This document shows, one piece after another, positions 46,836 to 56,172 of a stretch of DNA of 64,000 bases. The notes below the pieces were generated by a model. It searched no databases and was not told the origin of the DNA. It saw only the letters and a list, made by a program, of their open reading frames with translations. The DNA is taken from IMG/VR virus record IMGVR_UViG_3300012988_000016, positions 186,001-250,000 of that record. One strand, 5' to 3'. Positions within the stretch are counted from its first letter, which is position 1; every line of letters starts with the position of its first letter. The position numbers were made by a program, and so were the translations under genes.

Positions 46836-47051
46836 GGTAGGGTGTCGCTCCCGCCACTGACGTTCCAAGTCTTGACTCAGCAGATCAATCTGGAGGTCCG
46901 TCAACCACTCTGCACCACACTTGAGGCAAGTGGGGATCACCAGATCTTCGGGGATTTGATAGTTCGGCTCCCCACGATAGCTTCTAAGGCGCTCCAGCCC
47001 TTGCTTGAGGCAAAGCACATTCCCACACCCACCACACGTGCGATCCATCAA
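46773..47051 (-). CDS. YgiT/MqsA-type Zn-finger protein
   Basis: CGGCG...YRG...IP.CLKCGAEWLT. Confidence 0.55.
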   Translation of the reverse strand: MMDRTCGGCGNVLCLKQGLERLRSYRGEPNYQIPEDLVIPTCLKCGAEWLTDLQIDLLSQDLERQWRERHPTLGQLSDDPQLPDITEGDIKL

Positions 47052-47299
47052 CTGACTCCAACCTGCAAAACCGGCTTGTGATTGTACCGGTAAAAGCGTT
47101 CGATGTAGCGATTCTCTGCCTCGGTAAGAGACGCCTCAACCAGCACATCGAATCTGCAGATGAAGTTGCCTACGCACGGCTGAAAGGCTGGCACTTTGCA
47201 GCAAGGACAGGGCTCCAAGGCCGTTCGATTGGTGTTGTAGGATGGGGCAGGCGGGCTGTAGGAATCTAGGATTTGGTATTGCGACATGGCTAGCCTCAG

Positions 47300-47315
47300 T
47301 ACACCAGATGGTGTA
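47300..47315. promoter_or_regulatory. Back-to-back GGTGTA motif pair
   Basis: TACACC-AGAT-GGTGTA between divergent starts 47287 and 47327. Confidence 0.65.
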
Positions 47316-47798
47316 AACCCCCAAGTATGAACCTTCGCCTTGCGACTGAACTTCAGCTTTATTTGGATGGGTTGGTACCCTTGGATGCTCTAAGCAATGT
47401 AGCTCACGAGGTTTTGGCCCATGAGGTGGACGGAGACGCCATACCTCACCCAGATACGAACACCATTTGCCACCTGATCGCCGACTACAACAAAGGAGCG
47501 ATCACCGAGGCTTGGCTAAAGATCCAGCTGCCAGCCGTCCCAGAGATTGAGGTGGTGCGGGATACGATGCCCCACCATCAGATCCCCACCCCTCCACCAT
47601 CGTTCCCCACGGATAACGAACCATGAGCCTTTCAACAGTTTTGGAACAAATCATCTGCTTCGGCCTAATCCTTTGGGTTATCGAAGCCTTCGTCCCAATG
47701 GGCGCTGGAACCAAGAGGTTACTGCAAGTAGTGGTCTCCATCTTCCTGATATTGTGGATCCTTCAAGGATTGGGGTTGGTTCACACCAACGTCAGACT

Positions 47799-48068
47799 AT
47801 GAAAGTATTGGAAAAAGGCAAACCCCCAAGTCGAAACCTTGTCTGTACGGGACGAGGTAACGGAGGGGGCGGTTGTTCGGCCAAATTGGAGGTTGAGAGG
47901 TCGGATCTGTTCCAGACAAGCCGACACAGCTATGGGGATCAATACCCTGATTACTTCATCACATTCAAATGTCCTGATTGTGGTGTTTTGACCGATATCG
48001 ACGACTTCCCTGGAGTGATAAGAGCCACGGATCTCCCTAAGCAGCGCCGTGATGACGGTGGCCTCTAA
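47799..48068 (+). CDS. Small Zn-ribbon protein
   Basis: CTGRGNGGGGC...FKCPDCG. Confidence 0.55.
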   Translation: MKVLEKGKPPSRNLVCTGRGNGGGGCSAKLEVERSDLFQTSRHSYGDQYPDYFITFKCPDCGVLTDIDDFPGVIRATDLPKQRRDDGGL

Positions 48069-48071
48069 ATA

Positions 48072-48101
48072 GAAAAAGGATCCCAATTGGGATCCTTTTC
48101 T
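48072..48101. terminator. Bidirectional intrinsic terminator
   Basis: GAAAAAGGATCCC-AATT-GGGATCCTTTTCT between convergent genes. Confidence 0.8.
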
Positions 48102-48123
48102 CGACTTGCTAGAGATATTTGGT

Positions 48124-49116
48124 TCAGAATGCTGAGCTCTGGATTACCCAGAAATCGCTAGCCAGTTTGGTGTTTTTGAGATAATCGTAACTCACCCAGT
48201 AGTAGCCAGCCAAGCCCCAAGCTGATCCCCAGCTGTTACGAACCAAGAATGCGCCCTTGGAAGCTGAATTGAACGGGTTAACCATTTGGTCGTCATACCC
48301 GACCAAGCATTGAGCGTGACCGCCCTGCAGAGTTTCTGACTTGCCTGGGATGTTCAGGAAGCCGTTCTTGGCCATATCAGCCGACATGAAGTAGCTGTAG
48401 ACCTGGAAGCCGTAGCCAACCAAATAGCCGGCAGCTAGTGTGGCTTTCATGGTCGCCAAGTCACCATCTGCGATCGAATGATACGATGTGACCTTGTGCG
48501 TCAGAGCTGTGGTCCACAAGGCAGCTGGCGGGTTGGTGGCGAACTTCGAGATATTGTACGGCCATGAGGCTTCATCCACCACACCGTATTGAGCCGCAGC
48601 TTTGACGGTATCGCGGATGGTAGCTCCGGAATCCTCAGAGACGGTCCCCTCGATCTTCCGCGTGGCGTAGTACTCAAACAACCGGCTTACTTGCACCAAC
48701 TTGGCTGGCGTCGGAGTTGGGGAGGGTGATGGGGTTGGAGCTGGAGTGGGAGCTGAGGTGGTCTTGATGGTAGTGGTGAAGGTAATGGTGCCATCAGCCG
48801 CTACTGAGACGTTCGAAACACTGACATTGGCTGTGGCGGCACCCAACTGAGCCAACGAAGTTTTGGCCAACCCACGGTTCTCATTGGCTTCCACCATACC
48901 AGCCAACATGTTGGCCGTACAGCTGCCTAGGTCGCCCTGATCTTCAACTGGACTACAGATGGAACGCAAGTCTACCGAGGCGGGAGCGGCACCAAACACT
49001 CCTGAGGGTAGTTTGAGGCGATAGTCTTCATCTCGGGTGTCGGTAGGCTGTTTCTTCCAACCACCTAGGTGAACCTGGCGTGGCGAACCATTCGCATGAT
49101 GAGCTGTCTTGAGCAT
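48124..49116 (-). CDS. C1 (papain) family cysteine peptidase
   Basis: VDLR...VEDQGDLGSCTAN (Gln/Cys), GGHAQCLVGYDD (His) and VRNSWG (Asn). Confidence 0.92.
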   Translation of the reverse strand: MLKTAHHANGSPRQVHLGGWKKQPTDTRDEDYRLKLPSGVFGAAPASVDLRSICSPVEDQGDLGSCTANMLAGMVEANENRGLAKTSLAQLGAATANVSVSNVSVAADGTITFTTTIKTTSAPTPAPTPSPSPTPTPAKLVQVSRLFEYYATRKIEGTVSEDSGATIRDTVKAAAQYGVVDEASWPYNISKFATNPPAALWTTALTHKVTSYHSIADGDLATMKATLAAGYLVGYGFQVYSYFMSADMAKNGFLNIPGKSETLQGGHAQCLVGYDDQMVNPFNSASKGAFLVRNSWGSAWGLAGYYWVSYDYLKNTKLASDFWVIQSSAF

Positions 49117-49230
49117 ATTTGATTCCTCCGCTAAGAGGAATCAAACAAGAACAAGTTACGGGTCAAAAAGGGCCAAAAGGCGCCATAAACCACACATTTG
49201 GAAACAATTGGTTAACGTCTAGTTAACGAA

Positions 49231-49818
49231 TCATTCAAAGGCATACCAACTGAAGGCCCACTCATACCCACCATAATTTCGCAATTCTGTATACGAGACC
49301 CAATGTGCCCCCACCAATGGGAACGGATCTAACACCAGATAGCTATACTGTCCGTCTATTTTTCGATATCCGGAGACGATAAAGGCGTGCGGTACAGTAG
49401 CGGCCAACACCGGAGAACCCGCATCTAACCAGGCTCTCAGCTGAGCAGATGAGAGGTAAGAAGGTTCGTAGATGCTTTGAATCCCATGTGCCTGCAAGGT
49501 AGTGGTCACCGTTTCAGGACTGTTGGCTCCCTGGTTACATCCTCCATAGCAGGCAGCCGCTGCACAACAGCTAGGGTCTTGGAAACGAGCTGCCACTACC
49601 CCACATTGAGTGGTAGGTTGTCCGTACTTGCCGCTCAGCATCTCGATATCGGCAGCCCAACACCAATTGCTGCAAGACTGATAGACGATCCGAATGCCAG
49701 TATCGACCACCACGGGTTTCTCACCCGCTTCCCTCGACATTGCCCGCAAGGGTGTAGGAGTACTGTCTAGGGCCAGGATCCAAACCAGCAGTAGGAGCAG
49801 CTTCCGCATGACATCCAC
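49231..49818 (-). CDS. Secreted papain-like cysteine peptidase (C39/C70-like)
   Basis: Signal peptide; YQSCSNWCWAA, HAFIVSGY and VLDPFP. Confidence 0.75.
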   Translation of the reverse strand: MDVMRKLLLLLVWILALDSTPTPLRAMSREAGEKPVVVDTGIRIVYQSCSNWCWAADIEMLSGKYGQPTTQCGVVAARFQDPSCCAAAACYGGCNQGANSPETVTTTLQAHGIQSIYEPSYLSSAQLRAWLDAGSPVLAATVPHAFIVSGYRKIDGQYSYLVLDPFPLVGAHWVSYTELRNYGGYEWAFSWYAFE

Positions 49819-50078
49819 AAGATATCAGAAAAAGGACAACTCGGATCGGCTGGCCGACCGATATCAAGCTAAATCTTGGTGGGTCCGACGATGGCGAGAC
49901 AGGTGGCTGCTCACCATCCCCTACACGGCTCTGAGGCTTTGGTTCGGAACACGAACCAAGCAGGCCTTGGCCCGTCCAGATCTGTACGTCACTCGGGAGT
50001 CTCTACCCAATTGCTGGAGCGTCGCTTGTGGGATTGTGGACGGCCGTAGGGACTATTGGTACACAGCAGAGGAGGTGT

Positions 50079-50468
50079 TCACGAGGCTGAGGGAGCGGCT
50101 GAAGGAGAAGACTTGTGATAAGCCATGAAGGATTCGACTAATTCCCGCAACTTTTTGACGGCTTGTTCAGCGTTGGAACCGACCCCCACGCCGAACACTT
50201 CATCTTGGTCTTCGACGTAGGCCTCATACTGCCTGGCATCTACCCGTTCGATGAACTTGCAATGTTCTTCCAGCAAATCTGGGGTCTTGAGACCCTTCTT
50301 TTGCCTTCTAGCCTCCTCCAAAAAGGTGTGAGCTTCCTCACAAATCAGCCTGACGGCTCTGGTGGTGGGAGCTCCTCCTCCAGCAGCATAACCCTCTAGA
50401 CGACGCAACATCTTGTGTAGTGCGGCATTCTCCAGTTGGAGTTTCTCCAATTCGGTGATGCGGGCCAT
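50079..50468 (-). CDS. Hypothetical protein (possible HicB-like C-terminus)
   Basis: YEAYVED...GVGSNAEQAVKKLRELV. Confidence 0.45.
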   Translation of the reverse strand: MARITELEKLQLENAALHKMLRRLEGYAAGGGAPTTRAVRLICEEAHTFLEEARRQKKGLKTPDLLEEHCKFIERVDARQYEAYVEDQDEVFGVGVGSNAEQAVKKLRELVESFMAYHKSSPSAAPSAS

Positions 50469-50497
50469 GCTGCTAGAACGGGTCGACCATCCAGGAA

Positions 50498-50932
50498 TTA
50501 AGCCGCGCCTTTGCGCTTGTTGCGGTTCCGTTCGGTCTTGCCGGTTCGCTTGGTCTCTTTCTGGCCGAACCCTGCCTGCTTGGTCTCCTTGACGATTCGT
50601 GCTTCGATATCTTCATCGTGACGAGCCGCCATATCGGAGGTGATCCATTCTTCGGCTTCCTCCAACAAGGTAGTCAGGATGGTGACGAACGGGGTCTCCA
50701 ACCCTACATGCACCATCGAGCTGCGGTCCTTGTGGGCACGGATGTGGGGAATGAACTTCTCTGGGCCGGGAGCCTGGCCGGTGCCTTGCTGCTTGACCAG
50801 ACGGCCGATTCGGAATGAGTATTGAAGCTCATTTCCGCGGGCGGGGGCAGTGCTGATCTCAACAGCGTAGCCGGTCACGGTATCTTTGCACGTATGAGTG
50901 AGGGTCCAAACGGTCTGATGATTGTTGGTCAT
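50498..50932 (-). CDS. Hypothetical protein
   Basis: 144 aa with basic tail. Confidence 0.6.
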   Translation of the reverse strand: MTNNHQTVWTLTHTCKDTVTGYAVEISTAPARGNELQYSFRIGRLVKQQGTGQAPGPEKFIPHIRAHKDRSSMVHVGLETPFVTILTTLLEEAEEWITSDMAARHDEDIEARIVKETKQAGFGQKETKRTGKTERNRNKRKGAA

Positions 50933-51013
50933 GTACTACCTAGCGGCCCAAATGGCGAAAGCTTTAGAGGCTGTCGGAAAAAATGACCATGGTCGGTGTA
51001 ATGGTACAACATC

Positions 51014-51304
51014 ATGAGTAAAACCCAACTGATCAGTGACCTGGCCCAAAAGACTAACCTCGCAAAAGGGCAGGTTTCTGACATCTTGGAGGCTTTGGCT
51101 TCCCTCGCCACCCAAACCCTCAAAACTGAAGGAGAGTTCACCATTCCTGGATTGGTCAAGATCACCAGCAAGGAGAAACCAGCTACAGCAGAACGTCAGG
51201 GACTGAACCCGTTTACCAAGCAGCCGATCGTCATCCCAGCCAAGCCGGCTTCAAAGAAGCTGGCCGCCAAGCCGATCGCTGCTTTGAAGAAGGCGATCCT
51301 CTGA
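51014..51304 (+). CDS. hup: HU-family DNA-binding protein
   Basis: MSKTQLISDLAQKT, FTIPGLVK and RQGLNPFTKQPIVIPAKPA. Confidence 0.9.
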   Translation: MSKTQLISDLAQKTNLAKGQVSDILEALASLATQTLKTEGEFTIPGLVKITSKEKPATAERQGLNPFTKQPIVIPAKPASKKLAAKPIAALKKAIL

Positions 51305-53486
51305 TGAGTCGATCGACCATGTATTGCGTCCGGCAGGACGGGTTTGTTGCGCCTTACCTGTATCTTCAGAACAGTAATGGTACTGGCCCCGTTGTGTGGA
51401 CCACATTGGTCGAACGTTACGGGTTACGTCCTCTACCAGGAAAATGGGACCCATGGGAAACCCTATTTCAAGTGGTAGAGGACGGCTCCCTAAAGCTAGA
51501 GTGGTGGGAACACAATACCCTCTGGTGGACTTACGATTACGCGATGCTGAGACGGGAAGACTTTCAAGCGATGGCCGATTCGTTTCGGATTTTTGCTGAA
51601 CGTCAGAAACAAGACCGTATCTCGCACGGCCCTGAGATGGCGGAAGCGCTTGAGAGGATGCTGATGTTCGAACCTGATATCTTGGCAGCCTGCATCCGAG
51701 TCACCGATCTGTCGGACAATTTATGGGTCAGCTACAACCCAGAGACCGATGAACGAGATCTTAATTACAACCTCCACACAGGCAACAAGCATCAATACAT
51801 CGAGGTTCGACGTCCGTGAGTGATGAGGACGATACGGAAGAATTGAATTCCAAAGCCCGTCCCGAGACAGGGCCAATGAAGTTTCTTGGAGACTGGTGTG
51901 GGACCTTCATTCGAGGTGATGCTTCGTTTGCCTACGCTCGTTCACTTGAAGTTTTGATGGATCCGAAGGCAGATGAGATCTCACTAACGATCGCCAAAAT
52001 GGTGTTGGCCAACCTTCTCCAATCCCTGAATGATTCAGACGAATCTAGATTTGCGCCAATGCAGCAGATGTATGAATACCATCGCTGCAAACGTCAAAAA
52101 CGATGAAATCCTTCACGCCAGGACAATTGGTCCAAGTGCAGCGTCAGCCAGCCGCCAAGTGGGAACCGGCTACCTATCTAAGACCACACGAGGATTGGCC
52201 TGGTAGCCATTTGGTTGATCTGCCTGATGGGGCGGAACGGTGTATTGATCGAATGTTGGGTGGCGATTGTGACCCCAATCACCCCCGAGCCTGTAAAGTC
52301 AAAGTGCTGATGGTACCTGCCCGACGAATCCGTAATCCCACATGACCGATCAACACATACCCTGTCAAAGATGTGCCGACTACAGATCCAGAGCCATCTG
52401 GACTATGGCGCTAAATTGCAAGTCCTGCGAAGGGACTGGAATCGTCCGAAATCCAGCCTCATATGTGTGCAACCAATGTGGTGGAGGGTTGTGTGAGGAC
52501 AGTGAGGGTCAGTGGCCTAGCGGATTGACCGACGCCACCGTCTCAGGCGGCTATAGCTCCTTCCACCTCATGGACTGCACCCGCTACCGTTTCTCCCTAT
52601 GCGAGAAATGCCTGAGAAACTTCTTCACGGCCTTCAAGATCCCTCCCGAGGTTTTTTGCCACATAGGCGGGGGAATCGAGACGTACGAGAGTGACTTGGA
52701 TCTCTACCACCACCGTCTTTGGGAAAAGGCTGGGGGCGACATCAAACGATTGCTTGAGGGCGGATGTAACTGGCGAGAGAACTGTCAGGAACCAGCCATC
52801 TACCGTCTGATGGGCTTAGGTGGCAACTTGCGGTCGGAGGCCCGCTGTGAGGCCCATAAGTGGTGCAGTGTAGGGCTATGCGACCGTGTGGCACCGTTCC
52901 AGATGGTACCCTTCCTCGAAGCTGTCACGGAAGAACAACAACAGGCGGTCAGCCAAGCATGGGGATCGGGAGAAAAGATACCAGATGAGCCGGAGTTATC
53001 AGAACCAGACTAACATCTTGGCCGAGCTGTCTTTCCTCAAACCGGAACCAGGTGTGAAGAAGGTAACCGAGTACGGTACTGAGGAGTTGCGTCAATTCGC
53101 CCGTGGATTGTTGGTTAGACAGTGTCCAGAATGCGGGTCAAAAGCGTCAATTCCTCATTACCAGAACGGACGCAACACTTGTTTGGATTGTGATACCATC
53201 TATCGCCCCGAAGATGTGGTGGTGATTGCCTTGCTGAAAGCTTTCCAGTCCGGCGCTGAAGATGAGGCGGAACGGCTCAATCCGTCGGCTTAAGTTCGCA
53301 GGCCTCTAAGATCTCGGCCTTTTCTTCCACCACAGACACCACGTGAGCGTATATCTGCTGGGTGTAACAAAGGCCGCTGTCATCCATCACCAGGCCTAGG
53401 TGGATTGCAGTTTTGCTGCAGATGGGGCAGCAGACCAACGGCATCCCTTCAAACGTCTCACCAGGCTCAAGGTCTCGTAGATCCAT
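51304..53486 (+). other. Run of small hypothetical genes (51304, 51816, 52103, 52342 and 52985 plus; 53277 minus)
   Basis: Coupled ORFs; 52342 and 52985 contain CxxC pairs. Confidence 0.55.
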
Positions 53487-53526
53487 CCCCCATCATATCA
53501 CGGTTTTTAGATACTGGAAATCCTAG

Positions 53527-53781
53527 ATGTCAGCCCCAACTAATCTGCGGAACCTAAAGGTAGGAGATCAGGTGGTGGTGACTTGTCCAGAATTTGAGAA
53601 GAGTGAGTTCTCTGTTCTGGGAGAAATAGTCTCGGTCCACCGCCTAAATAGCGGCTACAAGGTTCGTCCTATGAGTCATCAGAATATCAAGTTTTCGTGG
53701 GGGTACTCAGAACTGAGACTCCCCACCAGAGAAGAGGTCTACCGTCCTAGCTTCTCTGAACGCCTATTCGAGAGTTTCTGA
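53527..53781 (+). CDS. Hypothetical SH3-like protein with shared C-terminal motif
   Basis: LKVGDQVVV...ELRLPTREE; ends YRPSFSERLFESF. Confidence 0.6.
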   Translation: MSAPTNLRNLKVGDQVVVTCPEFEKSEFSVLGEIVSVHRLNSGYKVRPMSHQNIKFSWGYSELRLPTREEVYRPSFSERLFESF

Positions 53782-54120
53782 TAGCTTGCAGCCGAAGCAC
53801 CGGAACCGGCCATTACGGTCTGGTTCCGCATAAGGGAACGGTTGTTCACAACCCTGGCAAAGCAAGCTGTTGTTGCCGTCTCGACGGGCCACGTTCTCAC
53901 GACGGTAGACCGCATCCTCATGACAGAGGTTGCAACCTGCACAGAATTTCTCTTGGCTGACAATCTTGTATTCTTTGCCGCTACACCAAGGACAAGGGTC
54001 TCCTGGGATCGTCACCTGATGACCACTGACGGTAGCGCCGACAACTCCTTGATGGGCGACGGTCTGAGCTGCTCCACCGTAAAATCTAGCCAAAGGATTT
54101 AGATACGGACCAATTGCCAT
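53764..54120 (-). CDS. Zn-ribbon protein
   Basis: CPWC, CAGC, CQGC and CFGC; start moved to ATG 54120. Confidence 0.6.
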   Translation of the reverse strand: MAIGPYLNPLARFYGGAAQTVAHQGVVGATVSGHQVTIPGDPCPWCSGKEYKIVSQEKFCAGCNLCHEDAVYRRENVARRDGNNSLLCQGCEQPFPYAEPDRNGRFRCFGCKLSETLE

Positions 54121-54159
54121 GATGATCAATACACCGAAATTTCGGTGTATTGATCATCA
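54120..54159. repeat. Perfect 40-bp palindrome containing two GGTGTA motifs
   Basis: TGATGATCAATACACCGAAA|TTTCGGTGTATTGATCATCA, checked base by base. Confidence 0.95.
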
Positions 54160-54161
54160 AA

Positions 54162-54437
54162 ATGTGGCGAATCCCTGACCCCAATGAATGCGTCGGCCCT
54201 ACCAGCTGGATCAAGATCGACCATTGGGTGTGTAGATGCCTACACGAGTTCACAGGAGAGCGTCGATCTTGTCCACGCTGTAATGAAGAAGATGATGTGT
54301 TTGCCAAAAATGACCTGTCATGGCCTTGTGCCGATCCTGAATGCAGCAATACGGAAGGCGGAGCCAATTACAGTCGACGCATCACCTACATGTATTGCTG
54401 GAAATGTGCCATGTCCAAACTACCTGAGGATTTATAG
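54162..54437 (+). CDS. Cys-rich Zn-binding protein
   Basis: CRC...CPRC...C...C...YCWKC. Confidence 0.6.
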   Translation: MWRIPDPNECVGPTSWIKIDHWVCRCLHEFTGERRSCPRCNEEDDVFAKNDLSWPCADPECSNTEGGANYSRRITYMYCWKCAMSKLPEDL

Positions 54438-54944
54438 CTTCTGAAAGCGTTTGACGAACTGACGAGCGATCGATCTAGGCATCGGCATCATCCCCACTGC
54501 GGTGACGGATCCAGGAGTTAGCTCGGTTCTCCCTTCATCGATCACTAGAGCGGCATGATACCCACCCTCAAGCAATCGCCCATGCAGCTTCCTAAGGTCT
54601 TTCTCGCTGCCGGCTCGGAGCATGATCTTGGGGTAACTGTGGCGATTCCAATCGTCTTCCCATCTCCCATGCTCAGCATTGTCCAAAGGTCCCTTGAGAC
54701 CTAGGTGAACCGCATGGCCGATCTGGGCTCCTTGCTTGCCTGGGCTCATCTGCAGGTCGGTTCGGACCACCACATACATGACGATTTCGTCGGTTTGTTC
54801 GACAGGTGACTCAATTGTCGCCTCTACAGGCACTTCGGCGGACAAGCCACAAGTGTGTTCACCGTCCCATACCCCTTCTGCAACCTCAATATTGGGGTCA
54901 CAAAATGCTGCTATACTGGCGCAAACTCTACACTTTTCGGACAT
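54432..54944 (-). CDS. pth2: Peptidyl-tRNA hydrolase, Pth2 type
   Basis: MYVVVRTDLQMSPGKQGAQIGHA, PKIMLR and VIDEGRTELTPGSVTAVG. Confidence 0.9.
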   Translation of the reverse strand: MSEKCRVCASIAAFCDPNIEVAEGVWDGEHTCGLSAEVPVEATIESPVEQTDEIVMYVVVRTDLQMSPGKQGAQIGHAVHLGLKGPLDNAEHGRWEDDWNRHSYPKIMLRAGSEKDLRKLHGRLLEGGYHAALVIDEGRTELTPGSVTAVGMMPMPRSIARQFVKRFQKL

Positions 54945-55163
54945 AACCTTTTCCTGGTAGCTGGTCAGGGAAATCGGCCGTCACCCAATCACCTGCCACC
55001 ACATCGTGATGAGTAGGCTCGTAGAGACTGACATGACCACTGGGCCATTCCCTGAATATTTGGGTCACCTCGTCATCCAAGCAAATGACCGTCATCATGT
55101 GCAGCACACAAGTCCAATCGGCTCGGCTAGCTAGCCCCCCAGTTCGAAGGGCTTGATCGAACG

Positions 55164-56138
55164 TCAAACTGTTATCTCCAACCCCTCATAGGCGGCCAGG
55201 GTTTCGATCCCACAGAGGTCTTGCACCTGTTGAGCGATGATCCGGATCTGAAAATCGTCCGCCTCTGGATCGTGATGAGTGGTCACCACCTTCTTGGGCT
55301 TGGCCTCGGCCGCCACTTCAGAGATGTACTCAGGGAATGAATGCCCCCAACCATATTTGGCGGGTCCGTTCTTCTTCCCCTGATAGGTGTGTAGATCGTA
55401 TTGACAATCGGTGATCCACACGTCAACTCCCTGCACCAACTCAAGTAATCCAACAGGAGTGCCGCCGCGGTAAGGTTCATGGTCGGTCGTAAAGGCGATG
55501 CTTTGCCCCTGATGTTCGATCCGGTAGCCAAACGTGTCTTGAGGGTGAAACAGTTTTCTAGCCATCACCGTGACGCCAGGATCGGCCAGATCCTTAGAGT
55601 CGTTGAAAATACGTATCCAGCCATCATAGACGCTATTGGAAGTCATATGCATGGCTATCTGTTGAAGTTCTTCCAGATTTACTGGAGAAACTGGGGGATT
55701 CATTTGACCTCGGTATACCCGATCCAGCTCGCTGTCCCAGCTCTTGCCACCAAAGAACTGAAAGTCACATTGAAAACGCTTCCGAGGCAAGTATAGGGGC
55801 TTCCAGAAGGGCATACCTTGGATGTGATCCCAATGGACGTGAGATTGGAGGATCGTTCCTTTGAGGGTTTTTGTTACCATCAGCTGTTTCATCTGATGAT
55901 TGCCCAGCTCTCTGAGGCCGGTCCCCATGTCGAGGATGAATAGCTGTCCACCTGCCTGAACCTCCACACAGGTGGTGTTACCTCCGTAGGTGCTCGATTC
56001 TTCAAAAGACAGCATATCGAAGCTGTCACCACGCTCAGCTGCCTCAAAGGCCCGTCTGACCTTGTCGCTAACCTGAGCGGGGGTCAACGGAGTGGGGACC
56101 GAACCTCGGACGCCCCAGAATTTGGTATTGATGGTCAT
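55164..56138 (-). CDS. MBL-fold metallo-hydrolase (RNase Z/phosphodiesterase-like)
   Basis: FWGVRGSVPTP, YGGNTTCVEV, SHVHWDHIQG, TDHE and HHDP. Confidence 0.88.
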   Translation of the reverse strand: MTINTKFWGVRGSVPTPLTPAQVSDKVRRAFEAAERGDSFDMLSFEESSTYGGNTTCVEVQAGGQLFILDMGTGLRELGNHQMKQLMVTKTLKGTILQSHVHWDHIQGMPFWKPLYLPRKRFQCDFQFFGGKSWDSELDRVYRGQMNPPVSPVNLEELQQIAMHMTSNSVYDGWIRIFNDSKDLADPGVTVMARKLFHPQDTFGYRIEHQGQSIAFTTDHEPYRGGTPVGLLELVQGVDVWITDCQYDLHTYQGKKNGPAKYGWGHSFPEYISEVAAEAKPKKVVTTHHDPEADDFQIRIIAQQVQDLCGIETLAAYEGLEITV

Positions 56139-56148
56139 TGGGGGTCAA

Positions 56149-56163
56149 TACACCAGCGGTGTA
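56149..56163. promoter_or_regulatory. Back-to-back GGTGTA motif pair
   Basis: TACACC-AGC-GGTGTA between starts 56138 (minus) and 56173 (plus). Confidence 0.65.
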
Positions 56164-56172
56164 GAGACATGG

